DNA from: Eledone cirrhosa
Taxonomy: Eukaryota
Assembly: GCA_964016885.1 (NCBI GenBank)
Contig: OZ024740.1
Span: forward strand, 320,788,001 to 320,852,000
Direction of reading: 5' to 3'
DNA length: 64,000 nucleotides
Both the position numbers and the translations under genes were made by a program. This document shows positions 48,711 to 62,599 of this stretch, piece by piece. The notes below the pieces were generated by a model, which saw nothing but the letters and a program-made list of their open reading frames with translations, was not told the DNA's origin and ran no database searches. The stretch's first letter is position 1. Every line of letters begins with the position of its first letter.

Positions 48711-49231
48711 ATGAAACTGGAGGAAGCAATCAAATCAGAGACATTTTCATAATTACATCTGCTATGGACTGTATTGTCTTTAATACATCTGCGTCTATAT
48801 GTCAAGCCCTATATCAGATTTTCACATCTTAACTACACCAGTTGTAGACTGTAGTAACATCTCTACTATGTTTGTGTATCTACTATACCAAACCCTCAAA
48901 GGAGGAGTTTTGGACCTGCCTACTTTAGGTACAGGCTGAAGTAATATCTCCACTGCTGTATGGAATGATGACCTTTATAGCAAAGAGTTCACAACTCGCC
49001 ATCATCATGTACAAATTGAAGTAACATCTCTATTGTATTATGAGAGATTCTTCATAGCAATATTTTCAGACTTTACCCACAGCAACTAGTCTGCACTAAT
49101 ACCTCTATGCTACACAATTTTCCCTATATTTTGGAGGATTTTGTCTATTTTGGATATGCAAGTTTGGGTGGAAATTTTTTTTTAAATAAAAAGTACCACC
49201 ACTATGTTGTAGTATGGGCTGCATAAATGTA

Positions 49232-49960
49232 CAATGGGAAGTCAAAAATTATCCACACTTTGGCTTCCTTTTTTTTTCAATTTATTTACACAAAAGCCGG
49301 GGTTAAACAAGTATGTCATTTTTCTACATAGTCTCCTTCCTTTTTGATGCACTTGGTCCAACGGTCCACAAGCTTGTGTATTTCCTCCAAGAAGGTTATC
49401 AGCTGGTTGCACCACTTCCTGCACTTTATCCATAAGAAATTGACGGCACGGCCTCGTAAAGCATCTTTGAATGGTCCAAAGAGATGATAGTTGGAAGGTG
49501 CAAGATCTGGCCTGTGGGCAGGGTGTTCCAGCACCTCAAAGCCCAATTGGTTAATGGTTTCAACACTCTGGCTGGCTGTAGGTGGGCATGCATTGTTGTG
49601 TAACAACAAAACTTTCTTTGACAATAGGTTTCGCCGTTTGGTGTGAATTGTTGGCCAGCAAAGCACTGTAGGTCATACACCCCTTTTCCAGGTAGTCTTC
49701 CGGTACTGGCTCTTTTTAGTCACAAAAAATGGTTAGCATCACCTTTGCTGCCAAAGTTTGTCTTGAATTTCTTCGTTGCTGGCGAGCCAGGATATTTCCA
49801 ATTCATACTCTGTCTTTTGAATTCTGGCTCAAAATGCTGCATTTGTGTGACTATTCTGCTCAAAAATTCTTCGCTTTCATTGTTGTAGTGTCTCAACAAT
49901 CTTTAGCAGATAAGTCTTTAGCTAGCTGTTGTTGTTGACAAGTGAGTAAGTGAAGTTGAG
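49232..49960 (-). mobile_element. mariner transposon remnant (irritans-like)
   Basis: LLLHNNA, HPAHRPDLAPSNYHLFGPFKDALRG, RWTKCIKKEGDYVEK; TIR-like end at 49232 next to TA. Confidence 0.85.
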
Positions 49961-52139
49961 AGAAGCTATGCCATCTTTAAGGAAACAAAATCTGTACTCA
50001 CTTGTTGTGGTGTGAAGTGATATTACCTTGGGGAAATTAATTTTCCCATATCACGTCGAGGTCACCACTTTCGCAGATGAGTTATTTTTGGTTTTTCACT
50101 GTATTTCATATTGGTGTAAATAGAATCCGGAAGAGATGTGTTAAGGCTGCGTGTTTGATGTTGGTGTTATCCATGATGATGCTGTTATCCGGCCGAGTTT
50201 AGAAATTTATTTTAAAACACCAAATAAAAGCAAACAAGATTAAAATTTTCCCCAATGGCGTTGAGCAGGAAAAGTTAAATAATACACCACGAGGTCCAAC
50301 TGGAAGAAGAAAAACTGGCAAGGCAGGTAGCTATTTTAAAAGAATTTTCCTTGTGTCATAATTTCAAAAAGCTGCTAAATTTTTTCTTTACAGAATATTT
50401 CCCACAGAAATATTCTCACATCAGTAAGTCTCCACTTTATGAAAGCAGCAACTCTTTAGAAGTGAAAAAAGGTGGAAATAAGTGCCTGGTATTTCTATGC
50501 CGGCGACTTACCAAGTGTAACCCAATTGTTCCGCCGCGATTGCTTACTAAAAGTCCCTCAGATCAAAGAGAGTTGAAGTGTATACTAAATTGTATTGCAT
50601 GTCATTAGAACTGAGGTCAGATTTACTTTCTGGATGACCTAAGGAGTAGGTTGTTATTTTTTAGTGGTAGAGGGAATTTAACAACACTAATATTTCTGAA
50701 ATGTATCATGCAGAGGGATTTAATAGTAGCTAGTGTTCCCTCTCATTTTTTTTGAAATATTTCTATAAATACGAGAGCTGAAAGTTGTATCTTTTTTGCA
50801 ATTTCCAAAAAACTCATTTGAGTCTTATGGTGGGCAAGGATAAAATGTAGAAGCCCAGGTGAAACCAACTTAAATTTGCTGCTTGAATAAACATTCTTTT
50901 TAAAATTCCAAATTATCTGAAAAAATGCTGTGCTAAGTAACCTTCACATAGTTTTGAAATAACATTTGTAAGTTCCTGCAGTCAGTTATTACCCACCCCA
51001 CTGCTACTAGTGCATGACGAAATCACATTTAATAATTTATTCGTCTGCTTCTTCAAAGTCAATCATACAGTTATTCCAATTTTCTGTGGTTCTACTTGGT
51101 GTCGTGAGTTGGTTTCATTTGCTGTTTTTTCTTACAAGCATCAAGTACTACTGACATTTCACCTCATGCTGATGTGTCTGTGAAAATTTTGTTTTCTTTG
51201 TTCGTAGCATTCCTTTTTTAAGGACTGGCTTTTGGGAGGGATAATATATGACTTGATGAAACATATCCAGCTTCTTCACTTGGTTAAAGGATAACTTCTT
51301 GTAAAGGAATTGTTTTACCATCCTCCTTGTTTTGTTATTTTCACATATTTATATCTACCTTCCAGTGATTTTATCCTGTAGTAATATTTGAACTGTCGAC
51401 TGAGAAAAAAGTTGAAATTCCTTCTAAAAATTTGAATAAAATTCAACATTCACATATACTTGGAAGTGTCCTAAATTAAGTGAACATGCAGAAAAAGGTA
51501 TAAATATGATGTTCCAATGCAATACATGCCCTATAGACTCAACATCTTTACAACTGCTGTATTTCCCTTCTTACATGCCCTATAGAGTCACAGTAACTTT
51601 GTCGGAGAAATTGGATACATGTCGAGATGAATGATTCCAGTGATTTTATCCTGTAGACATTTGATCGGCTGTGGATACTGACAGTAACTTTACTATGACT
51701 CTGTCTCTATTTCACATATCTATATCTAATTTTGACTATATCAGTGCTTTTACTATGTCAGAGTGTCCTTTATTGTTGGCTGTATCATCATGGAGACATT
51801 TTCTAATTTTGACTCTCTTATTGCTTAGTCTGGCCTGTTCCGTCGGGATCAGTCAACCAACTGCCCCTAATGCTGTTGGTCTGTGCCAGGTGATGTTGAC
51901 AGTTTGTAGGTCACTTTGGAATGTCCTCTGTCAGCCTCTTTTCCATTTGCCTTCAAGGGAAGTCTACATCATTGCTGTTATAGACGTGTCTACACCTACA
52001 AGTTTTTGAATGTTTGTAGAGTTTCTAATGTAAAGTTAGTTTCTTCTATTAGCCTGATTTCGGTGTTAACTAAGTTAAAGAAAGGAAAATTTGTCTTGAG
52101 CTGTAGCTTGGTGTTGAAATATGTTTGCTATTGATCTAG

Positions 52140-52700
52140 CTATCATAGATTTTCTTGTGTTAGGTATACAATTAATGATCTTTTGAATATCACTTGAACG
52201 TCCAGAAAATGCACAGTTGGCATTTTTCATCATGAAATCTAAATGTGATCTTAAACCATCATCATATTCTGCTATTGCTTCACATATAGCCAGAAAATTG
52301 CTCTTTTTTGCTTCTATCCCATTGTATCTTTCAACTGGTAATTCTTGACTGGCTAAAATTCAATACAATTAATTGGATTTTTCAATATATCACAATTTTT
52401 CTCAATTGATCTGATATGCAATTGAATCGAAGCTGCATTTCAGTGGTCGATCACTGTATCAATTTGTTGTTAACCATAAGAGAGGTTTTCAGAGTAATTA
52501 TGAAATTCAGATAGTTCTGAGATTTGTTTGTGTCTTGTCAAAATTGTAATCAAATTGCAGTAGCCAGTATTTGTCCATATGTTCTTATGTTGACAAAATA
52601 ACAGACACGGGAAACAACATTGTCCAATTGTTATTCACTCATTGTTCATAATACTTGGAATCAAAATGACACCTTGCTGCCCACTTTGGTTTTGATTTTC
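52140..52700 (-). mobile_element. hAT transposase remnant (TTF zinc finger/DUF4371-like)
   Basis: Minus strand CCFPCLLF..WTNTG, LASQELP, NFLAICEAIAEYDDGLRSHL, SSDIQ; several frameshifts. Confidence 0.55.
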
Positions 52701-52724
52701 AGTTCAAACTTTGGCCTCTCTCTT

Positions 52725-53095
52725 CATCATCATCATCATCATCATCATCAGGTTTAGCGTCCGTGTTCCACGCTTGCATGGGTTTGGACAGGGGTTTTCC
52801 CACTTGAGGCAAGTGTGGTTGTCTTGCTCGCATAGGACTGTCTGGCGGGTTTTCTACAGTTGGATGCCCTTCCTAACACCAACCACATTTACAGTGTGGG
52901 GCTGGGAGGTTTTTACCGTGTTGCCTACACGGCCACATTACAGCGTGGACTGTCTGGCGGGTTTTCTACAGCTGGATGCCCTTCCTAACACCAACCACAT
53001 TTACAGTGTGGGGCTGGGAGGTTTTTACCGTGTTGCCTACACGGCCACATTTACAGCGTGGACTGTGTGTTTTTTGTCGTGACACCTACACGATC
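52725..53095 (-). mobile_element. SINE family B variant with ~109-bp tandem duplication
   Basis: (CAT)n tail; ggactgtctggcgggt...ttacagcgt present twice (52835-52946, 52947-53060). Confidence 0.8.
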
Positions 53096-53234
53096 TCATT
53101 TGTTTCGGCCTGGATGTTGTGGGACCAACATAACTTTACATTGAAAGGGGCGGTGTGGGTGGGGTGGAGGTGGTGGGACGGGGGTGTGTTTTGATAGAGA
53201 TGCCTACTGACTGTAGTAGGTTTTTACTTTGTAT

Positions 53235-53780
53235 TTAGGTAAGGCGGGTCTTCTCTATTACTGAGTACCGCCAAAGGTCTCGGTCCAGTGACATTGTCTT
53301 GGAGAGGTGTAAGCGTGTGAGGTCGGAATTTATCAGCTCGTCCCATGTTTTTCTGGGTCTGCCTACTCCGTGGCTACCGTCTATCTTTATTGCCCTGCAC
53401 TTTGTTATACAGCTATCGTCTTTCATGCGCATCACGTGACCGTACCAACGTAGCCTTCTCTCGAGTAAACAACATCTGATCCCTCTTATTTCTAATTTTT
53501 TCCTTAGTTCGTTTATGCTTTGCCGTTCACGTATATTACTATTGCACATCCAGCGGAGCATGCAAGCTTCGTTCCTCTCCAGTCTGCGTATATCCTCTGC
53601 ACACAATGCCCAGGTCTCACTGCCATGCAGCATTGCTGTTCGTATGCAGGCATCGTATAACCTGCCTTTCATTTTTAGGGAGAACCCTCTAGCGGCTAAT
53701 AGTGGTATAAGCTCTCTGAACTTTTTCCATCCAGTTCTGACTCTAGCTACTGTACTTTCAGAGCACCCTCTTCCAAAAAT
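53235..53780 (-). mobile_element. RTE LINE ORF 3' end
   Basis: 182-aa open frame: ARVRTGWKKFREL, KGRLYDACIRTAMLHGSETW, RLRWYGHVMR, GRPRKTW. Confidence 0.9.
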
Positions 53781-55089
53781 CATAATATTCCTCTCTTCAT
53801 AATTTGTTACAAAAGGTTGAGAAACTGAGCTAATTAACTCTTTGCCATCCTGTGGGTGAATGATGTTAAAAATGTTACTGGGTGATAATTATTTTTAAAA
53901 TAAATCAGTTTTTTATTCTAGCAAAAAATTCAAGTGCTAGTTTACTTTTTTTATGTAAATTTTTATCAAAATAATTTTGAATTAGATTTCTAGGATCACA
54001 TTATGTAATGTGTGTGTTTTTAAGACATTGTGATCTAATCTGAAGGCGGTTTGGCTGCTATTTATACCCAGTCAAGTAGAAGAGACAAGTGGAGGATATG
54101 ATTGTTAGTGGGTCAGTGTTAGCATAAGCAGATTGCTTTCTTTTTGCTTTAATGTATTTGTGGATACAAATTTGGTTGTAAATCCATTTCAAGATGTAAG
54201 GGCAGTTCACTAGAACTAAGACTGTGCAATAGCTGTTCACAGCTAAAGTTGATTTTCAGAAGAAACTAAGCTTTGTTGAAAGCTATTTATTGAGTATAAT
54301 CGTAAATTAATTCTATTTTTGTTGTCGTTTTTTAATAAAGATTTTACATTATATGTGTCTCTTGTTTTTTCTCGCCCCAAATGTACAGCTTTTCTTTCAA
54401 TTACCTGAAAGACTATAAGTACAGAAATTCTTCCTCATTAATGAATAAACAAAAAAAAACAACTTCACATTAGACCTTCCAAGCTCTTGCTATGAACACT
54501 AGGCCTCCAAACTGCCTATGGTCCTTCATGAGATCACGCATAACATACTAAATTGATTATATGCTATTCTCTAGTCAATGGTGTTTCACATTAGGCTACT
54601 GTTTATATCTGGGATGGTGTAGTTGCTACACAATTATTCTGCACTACATAAAATATAAAGGCCAATCCAACTGATAAGTGAACCTTCATTCACTAATATG
54701 CTACAACTACTTGCTCAATTTCATACCCGGTCTTTTCGACTGTTACTAGTGGAAACTTCTTTCATTCTTGACCCCCCAGCCATATCTATACTCGCTGCTA
54801 TCGGAGTGGAATTGTGCTAGGTGGGATGGCTGTTCCAGTGTGTCTCCCTCGCTGTCCTTCGGTGCAGTGCATTATCCATTCTGTCAGCTGGAACATAGAA
54901 GCAGAGGGTAAATTAGTTGGAGGTGGAGGATACTCATTTGGATGTCACACATTTCCTCTTCTCATTCCACTTACACATATTAAGCTCAAAACTCATCAAA
55001 ACATTTCAGTTCCTGCTACTCTGAACATGCAAGCTCTGATGCATCTAACTTTCCTCCTTTTAGTCACTCCATACAGTTTAATTCCTTAA

Positions 55090-55745
55090 ACCCCTTACTA
55101 AACACATCACTCATATTATTCAACCATCTTGCTTTGGGTCTACCACTGGTTGGTTTTGCCTGTAAAATCTATCGATTCTTTCCTGAGACATTCTAACCAT
55201 ATGCTCATAGTGTCGGAGCTGTGGTGTCTTAATTCAGAGAAGTAACATCTCTATCTGGCGTGACTCTTGATCTCCAAGCTATGCACTCTATCGAGTAACG
55301 TTACTCCAAAGACCCTTCGGAGGAACCCCATTTCGGCTGTTTGTATTCACGATCGTATTCTTTCGGTTATTACCCAAGGTGAGGGTTGGTACGAATACCA
55401 TATTGAAGATAGCGAGTTTGGCTTTTATGCCTACATTCCTTCTGATTACTGAATGTTGAAGCTGGTGCATTACTGCACCAGCTCCTGCAAAATTCAGCCT
55501 CCAGCCTTCTATCACTTGTGAACACTGCACCGAGATACTTGAACTTCTCTACCTGCTTCCGCGGAACTCCATTTACATGTCGAGTGCACTGCACAGCCTT
55601 CCTTGTGAGGACCACTGTCTCAGTTTTCGCAGCACTGATTTTCATTCCAGCCATGCAGCACTTGGTATCAAACCTATCGAGTGCAAGTCGGAGATCATCT
55701 GACGAGTTAAGGAAGCCTGCACAGTGCACCCTACATGTAAACAAC
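55090..55745 (-). mobile_element. RTE-type LINE fragment (second family)
   Basis: AGMKISAAKTE, QVEKFKYLGAVF, FVPTLT.G; related pieces at 58870-59170 and 62760-63145. Confidence 0.8.
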
Positions 55746-55789
55746 ACTTAATACTGATAAAACATTTCATTTTGCTGAACTATTATTGT

Positions 55790-56110
55790 TAGACCACCAT
55801 CAGTTTCAATGACAAGTGTACCAGTTGTTCAAACAATGAAACAGCCTGCATTTGAAATTAATTTGCAAGTGACTGAGCATTACACTGACAGGTGTACCCT
55901 TAACATAGCTTTCAGGATTCATAGGATTCAGCATGACACCATGTGACAGGGTTGGCCCTTTGAATCATGGATACAGTTTGTTTTTGGCAGCTGAGTGGAC
56001 TGGGTCAATGCAGAATAAAGTGTTTTGCTCAAGGACACAATGGACCACCAGAAATTGAAATGCCAACCTTATGATTGTGAGCCAAAGCCAATGACACTAA
56101 ACCACATATC
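55790..56110 (-). mobile_element. tRNA-derived SINE family C
   Basis: gtgttttgctcaaggacacaa...aattgaa head on the minus strand; body related to 23100-23340 and 29720-29985. Confidence 0.6.
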
Positions 56111-56518
56111 TTCATTGCTGAACTATATAATACACTCGAAATATATTTGAAAATACTTTCTCTACCCTTGAGCTATTTTATGAAGGTGCAAATACTTAAA
56201 ATCATATCTAATGCCATGCAGTAACCTCTTAAAATGATGACTGCAGGAAATTGAAAAGTTCACTCTTAATTATATCTGAATAAAAAGAACTGGATCATCA
56301 GTTGCTAGAAAATTCAGTATTGTACCAATATTTGTTTTTCTGTTTTTGTCTAATTTTAAGAAAGACAAAAGTTAAAATCTAGATGAAAGTAACATAAAAA
56401 TGAACACCTTGGAAAAGAAAATGAAAGACAAATAATTCTACAAAAACAAAAATGAACTTTCATGTTTTTGTAGAAATATTTTTTGCATAGATTTTGCTTT
56501 TGTCTTTCATCAAATTAA

Positions 56519-56961
56519 CTCTTTAGCATTTAAACCAGCCATATCTGGTTAGAATTCTCTCACCTCATTCTGTTCAAACTGGCTGTAACCAGTCACTCAT
56601 ACTGATGTTAAGGTATTGTTTTCAAAATAAATAATTTCAAAATCTCATAGATTCGATATTATGTGAGGTAAATCCTTTACCATGAAAATGTAATAGTAAA
56701 TATGTAAGTCTAAAGTCTCGAGCTTAGAGGCTTATCCTGGTTTCCATGGTGTGAAGCGACAGAGTTCAGTCCATTGCAGACTAAAAAAACTCCAGCTATT
56801 GCTGGTACTCATTTTCAGCTGAATATACTGGAGCAATGTGAAATGAAGTGTTTTGCTCAAGAACACAACACATAACCCAGTCCAGGCACCTACAGCATTA
56901 TGATCATAATTCCAACACCCCTACCACTAGGCCACACATAGAGTAATGTAAATGCTAAAGG
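56519..56961. mobile_element. piggyBac-type MITE interrupted by a SINE (56705-56938)
   Basis: TTAA-CTCTTTAGCATTTA ... ATGCTAAAGGG-TTAA. Confidence 0.75.
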
Positions 56962-58869
56962 GTTAAATAAAAGAAAAATAAATCCCGTTAGCCCCAGATT
57001 GCCAAGTGGAATGATACTAGCAGCAGGCAGTAGAGGGAAATGTTGGCAGAAGGATCACCATGTAAACTTTGTTCTGGCTGTATTTTCTTTGTGTCAAATG
57101 TCCACTTCATCAACACTGGACCAAATTATAATGAATTCTAACACAGGCACTAGGCCAAGAATTTTGGCTGTTAATTTACTGGCACTTTATTTTATCAACC
57201 CCAGACGGTTAAAAGGGAAAGTTGACAACAACATAATTTCAACCCAGAACGTAAAAGGTTGTAACTAAATGCTGCAAAGTATTTTGTCCATCACCCTATT
57301 TTAAAATGAAAATTAATTGAATATTAAAGCCATTACTAAAACATTACAGCTTTTCACCATCCCAAATGACCACCAATGCACCCACTGAAATAAATATACA
57401 CACAGGTTTTTGGTGAGGATAAAATCTATCTGGTCTGGCTTGTATGTGTGCCTGATTGGTAGGTGATCAGATTGCTGGCTGGCTTTCTGAAGTTAATATT
57501 GCAAATAGTATTCATCCTGGGGTTGTCAACCCCAAATATGATTTGATAGCTAGATATGGTATGATTTATAGCTAGAATTAGCTTTGGTATTATTTTAGTT
57601 AGAATATAAATGTATAAAAACTCTATATAGAAATACTCATGTTAAAATACTACTAAAGCACTCGAAGAAAGATTTATTATCCTGTGATCCATACTATAAC
57701 ATATTAATATTAACCTTCTATGTGCATTATGTGGCCGATAGAGTTATCTTCCCTTAATACACAATGCAGTGTCAACGGAAGCAATTCGTAAAAAAAAAAA
57801 AAATCAGTGTTCTAAAGATTAATGGCATCCCAGCTGTGTAGATAGTTCACACTGTTTTTGTGACTATTTTGACTGTGCTTGTTAGCAGTGCATTTACTAT
57901 AGGCTGTTAATGTTCCAATATCATTAACCACTTTATTGGGAATTTCATAGTTGTAGCAATATTTGTCTCATTAAACCAAATTGTATGCACAAAATTGCCT
58001 TTTATTTTATATTGTATATTGTTCATGCTACTTGTGCATTGGAGTGAGTAAGTATTAAACTTATGGTACAGTTCTGCTAGCTCTTGAAACGTGTTGTGCC
58101 CAGAAACATCTCTATATTGATGTACTTCTCTACCATACATTTAAATGAATTTTATTGAGATTGTACAGAAGCTATGGTAGCATCTGTGGCCTTTAAGTTT
58201 TTCACTAATTTACTAAGAGAGTTATATCCTTTAACAGGTTAAAGAATATTTTTCACAGAATGAAATCTGTGTTTAAATTATTTGAAAGAACATAAGCCAA
58301 ACTGTTGATATTGCTTCCTTATGCACAATTCATCAGTGTCTGTAATTTTACATTCTCTTTAATTTATCAATTTTGTTTTGAAATCTATAGCCTAAATATG
58401 GATTAGGATCTAGGAACATTTCAATGTTAGAAGTCAGGATATCAACCTTATGAGTTGGAAGGATTAATTTACTCCTGTATGATTTACACAAGCAATGTTA
58501 GGCCTCCCAGTAATTTTAGTGTATCAACATTGTTAGACTCAAAGAATTTATTCACAAACTATACTTTTAAAAGTATTGGGTGCATAGAAAGTAAAACTGC
58601 TAGATTCTTCTCAACAGAATATATACCATATAACACCCCAGACAAATAACACTTCTCTGTAAATCTTGAGATTTCCAAGTGCTTTTATTTACAACCAATG
58701 AGCCATAGTTCTTCTCTCAGTAGATTATATGGACAACCATCTTGTTTTGTAGATCATAGGAATTTTCAGGGGCATTTTGTCTTCATTTATTGCCTGATAG
58801 AGGGGTCTGTAACCTAATTGCATTGTTAGTGAATGGTAAAAACATTTACATGTCTCAAATATAAAATTC

Positions 58870-59170
58870 TCAAACACTCCTAGCGAGTCTTGTCAGAAGC
58901 AACTGTTTCCAACTGAATCCCCAAGCGAGACCAGCCAAACTCATAGATGTTATCAAACCATCTTGCTTGGGGTCTTTCCCTGGGTCTCCTGCTGGTTGGT
59001 TTTGCCCATAAAAATCTGTCCAGTGATTCTTTCATGAGACATTCTAATAACTTGCCCATAGTACCAAAGCTGTGATCTTTCAATTCTGATAAGTAGTGAT
59101 TCTTTGATCTCCAAGTTACGCAATCTATCGAGTAACATTATTCCAAAGACCCTTCAGAGGAACATTTCGG
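58870..59170 (-). mobile_element. RTE-type LINE 3' fragment
   Basis: LLIRIERSQLWYYGQVIRM, RPRERPQARWFDNI. Confidence 0.75.
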
Positions 59171-59298
59171 TTACTGATAGCAGTTTTGATAATTTCAGAA
59201 CTAACTACAATGCACTTTTAATTGTCAACCAGATGGTCTGCATTTATGACAGCTAATAAGCATTGGAATATTTCTGTCAAGTCTTGATATTTTGGCAT

Positions 59299-59717
59299 TG
59301 CTAAAGGTATTGTGCTAATGCCACTATTTCCAAAGATGTTGCACTGATGTGTTTTTTTTAAATTTTATATATACAACTAAGTCAGAGTACCCGACCTCCC
59401 ATGGGTACATGCTGAAGCATATAAACAATATGCCCCCACACCCCCCACCGCAAGGTGGTCGTGGAGGTGCCACGGCAAAAAAGCACCCAGCCCACACTGT
59501 AAAGTGGACGTGTAGGCGCCACGAAAAAGCACCCAGCACTCACTGTAAATGAGGTTGGTGTTAGGAAGGGCATCCAGCTGTAGAAATCAAGCCAAATCAG
59601 TTCCTGTATGAGCAAGGCATGGTCAGCCGACCAGACACTGCCCACAACAGGACAACCCGTCTAACCCATGCTAGCGTGGAAGAACGGACGAAAAACGGTG
59701 ATGATGATGATGATGAA
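59299..59717 (+). mobile_element. SINE family B, long young copy
   Basis: Near-identical to 61333-61748; RTE-type (GAT)n tail. Confidence 0.85.
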
Positions 59718-60137
59718 CTTTATTAAAAACTGCAAAATATTTTGTCCTTGGTATACTGTTTCATTCACTTAATCATTCCCTATTAGGTGGATGGACTATC
59801 ATTTTTTTTAAATTCAGGCTTTGACTAATTGTTTCATTTTGTATCATTAACCACTGATACCTATGGTGCTCTCTAAGAGTATAGAATTTTTCCCTTCCTC
59901 ATTTCTCACTCTTTTTATTAGTTGTTTTCTTCTATGCTCTTTTTTTCTTTTTTCTCTCTTCTTGTTTGTAAATATATACAATTAAATACGAAATTTCGAA
60001 TCAATAAAATGTTTATCCCACTAAATGCAATCTAAAATGTTGTCACCATCATCTTTAATTGTTTTTCATTCTATTATTTGAATAAATGAATCTGTTTAAT
60101 ATGGATATAACAAACATGGTGATAAAACCCATACCAA

Positions 60138-60330
60138 CTGTATATACTCAAATATGGGCCAACTCCACCCTTTTATGCTTGAGAAATGGGCAAAAATCAA
60201 AGCCTTATTTACATAGAATTTGAAGTTGGTGAAAATCGTCAAAATATTGATCCTAAATATAAACTGACCCCGCTTCTACCACCGATTTTTTGGTCACATA
60301 TTCCTCAGCTTATATTTGAGTGTATAAGGT
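60138..60330. mobile_element. pogo/Tigger-like MITE
   Basis: ctgtatatactcaaatatgggc ... gcttatatttgagtgtataagg imperfect TIRs. Confidence 0.55.
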
Positions 60331-61332
60331 GTGTTCAATAATCCATCTCTTCTTGACTACTGCAATGACAGAGTAGCAACATGATACTCTATCATACATG
60401 CCAACTAATCCTCATCTTATCTTGCCTATATAACCCTCTTCTGGCTATTATTGCTCTGTATTAGATTTAACACCTTTTTTGTTCTTAAAAAATAATGAAA
60501 TATGTATTCTTTGTTACCTTTCCTGTTCCATATTGTTATTTTATTCTCCAATATACATTCTTAGTAACTTAGCAAGATTTTAAATGTCTTAAGTAAGAAT
60601 TTTATTAGTGTATGCAAGTATTGCATGTATGTGTACTTGCAAGTCAGGGCCGGATTTAATGGGGGCAAAGAGAGCAATACCCTGGGCCCCCTGCAGTGGG
60701 AACCCCACCATCGACAGTTGTAGCAATTTATTTGTGCCCTCGGCTGGGCTTTTTAGTTTTAGGATGGTTAGAATTTATGAATTTAATATCTGCACGTATA
60801 ACTTTTCAATTCCAATCCAATTATTTGCACCAAGCTAACTTTGATATGTAAAATTGGGGGGTTTGCTGTGTATTCCAATTTTTTGTGTACCTGAAGTACC
60901 CCGAGATCATTTCACAGCTACTTCAGTAGCTATGTGAGAATGTCAGAGACTGGTGTTTCAAGATTTTTATTCCTCATCAGTGATTTTTACACACTCAGTA
61001 ATAGGGCAAGAATACCATATAGCTTATATAGAGTTTGCATAAACATCTGCTGTATATACTAGGGGTGGCTAAAAAGTTCATAGGTTGAGCAAGATATTCT
61101 CAAGGAATGACTAAATGGAGTTTATTTTTCAATATAGTCCCTGGAAAGAAACAGTTATTAATAACATTGTATATGCTTTCATATATAGCTCTATAATTCT
61201 GATCATTAACTCTCTAATACAACCATCACACATCTAAATGTAGTTACCACTGCCTGTTCTACTAGTAACAAATACCTTGCAGTTATTCTCTTCTGGCTCT
61301 CCTACTTTCTTATTCTGGTTATTAACATTATA

Positions 61333-61748
61333 TGCTAAAGGTATTGTGCTAATGCCACTATTTCCAAAGATGTTGCACTGATGTGTTTTTTTTTTATTTT
61401 ATATATACAACTAAGTCAGAGTACCCGACCTCCCATGGGTACATGCTGAAGCATATAAACAATATGCCCCCACACCCCCCACCGCAAGGTGGTCGTGGAG
61501 GTGCCACTGCAAAAAAGCACCTAGCCCACACTGTAAAGTGGACGTGTAGGCGCCACGAAAAAGCACCCAGCACTCACTGTAAATGAGGTTGGTGTTAGGA
61601 AGGGCATCCAGCTGTAGAAATCAAGTCAGATCAGTTCCTGTATGAGCAAGGCATGGTCAGCCGACCAGACACTGCACACAACAGGACAACCCGTCTAACC
61701 CATGCTAGCGTGGAAGAACGGACGTAAAACGGTGATGATGATGATGAA
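61333..61748 (+). mobile_element. SINE family B, long young copy
   Basis: Near-identical to 59299-59717. Confidence 0.85.
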
Positions 61749-61759
61749 GTCACTACAAC

Positions 61760-62333
61760 AGATGTAGTGGGATAATGAGTTGACCTAATTAGCAGTGGAG
61801 GAGGGTGCACCAAGAGTATAATAGCAAGAATAAGGATAGGATGGAAGAAGTTTAGAGAACTACTCCCACTGCTGACAACAAAGGGTTGCTCCCTATGTAC
61901 AAAAGGAAGGCTATATGACACCTGTACGTAATGCTGCATGGTAGTGAAACGTGGGCTGTGACTGCAGAGAAATGAAGCAACTATGTTTCGTTGGATGTGC
62001 AATATAAATGTGAGAGAAAGGCAGAGCTTCGACGAGCTGGGCTTAAGGGTAGTCCGAGATAGTGTGCAGGAGAGAAGAGTGCATTGGTATAGACATGTGA
62101 TGCACATGAACAATGACCGATGGGCGAAGAAATGCCAGGAAATCTCAGTGGAAGGAAGCCACAGCAGATGACGACCAAGAAAGACCTGAGTAGAGGTTGT
62201 GGGAGTTTACCTCAAATCGCTAAGATTGGCAGAGTAGATGACAATGGAACGCGAGAAGTGGAGAGATGCCGTGCTGTGAAGGACCCGTCCAATCCATGCA
62301 TGGAAACGCTGATGCAAAAACAATGATGATGAT
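61760..62333 (+). mobile_element. RTE LINE 3' end with (GAT)n tail
   Basis: RIRIGWKKFRELLPLL, MLHGSETW, VHWYRHVMHM, RPRKT; terminus acccgtccaatccatgcatggaaa...gatgatgat. Confidence 0.85.
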
Positions 62334-62599
62334 CACATTTGCATAACCTGAAATGAGCAAAGCTGGAATTTTCTTTTAACCTCTACCAACTAATTCTTAA
62401 AAGATTCGTTTTTAAGACATTCACCCCTAAACTCCTGTTTGTATCACTTTTTCTTTGACATTGCCGAAAGATAAAATTAGTAATATACAAAAACGATTTA
62501 CTACACTCAACACCAATTATGAAATATGCAGACACTTGTTGAAACGGGCTATTGAGAACAGGATACACACAAAAATCCTTTCTCTTCTACTTCACCCAC

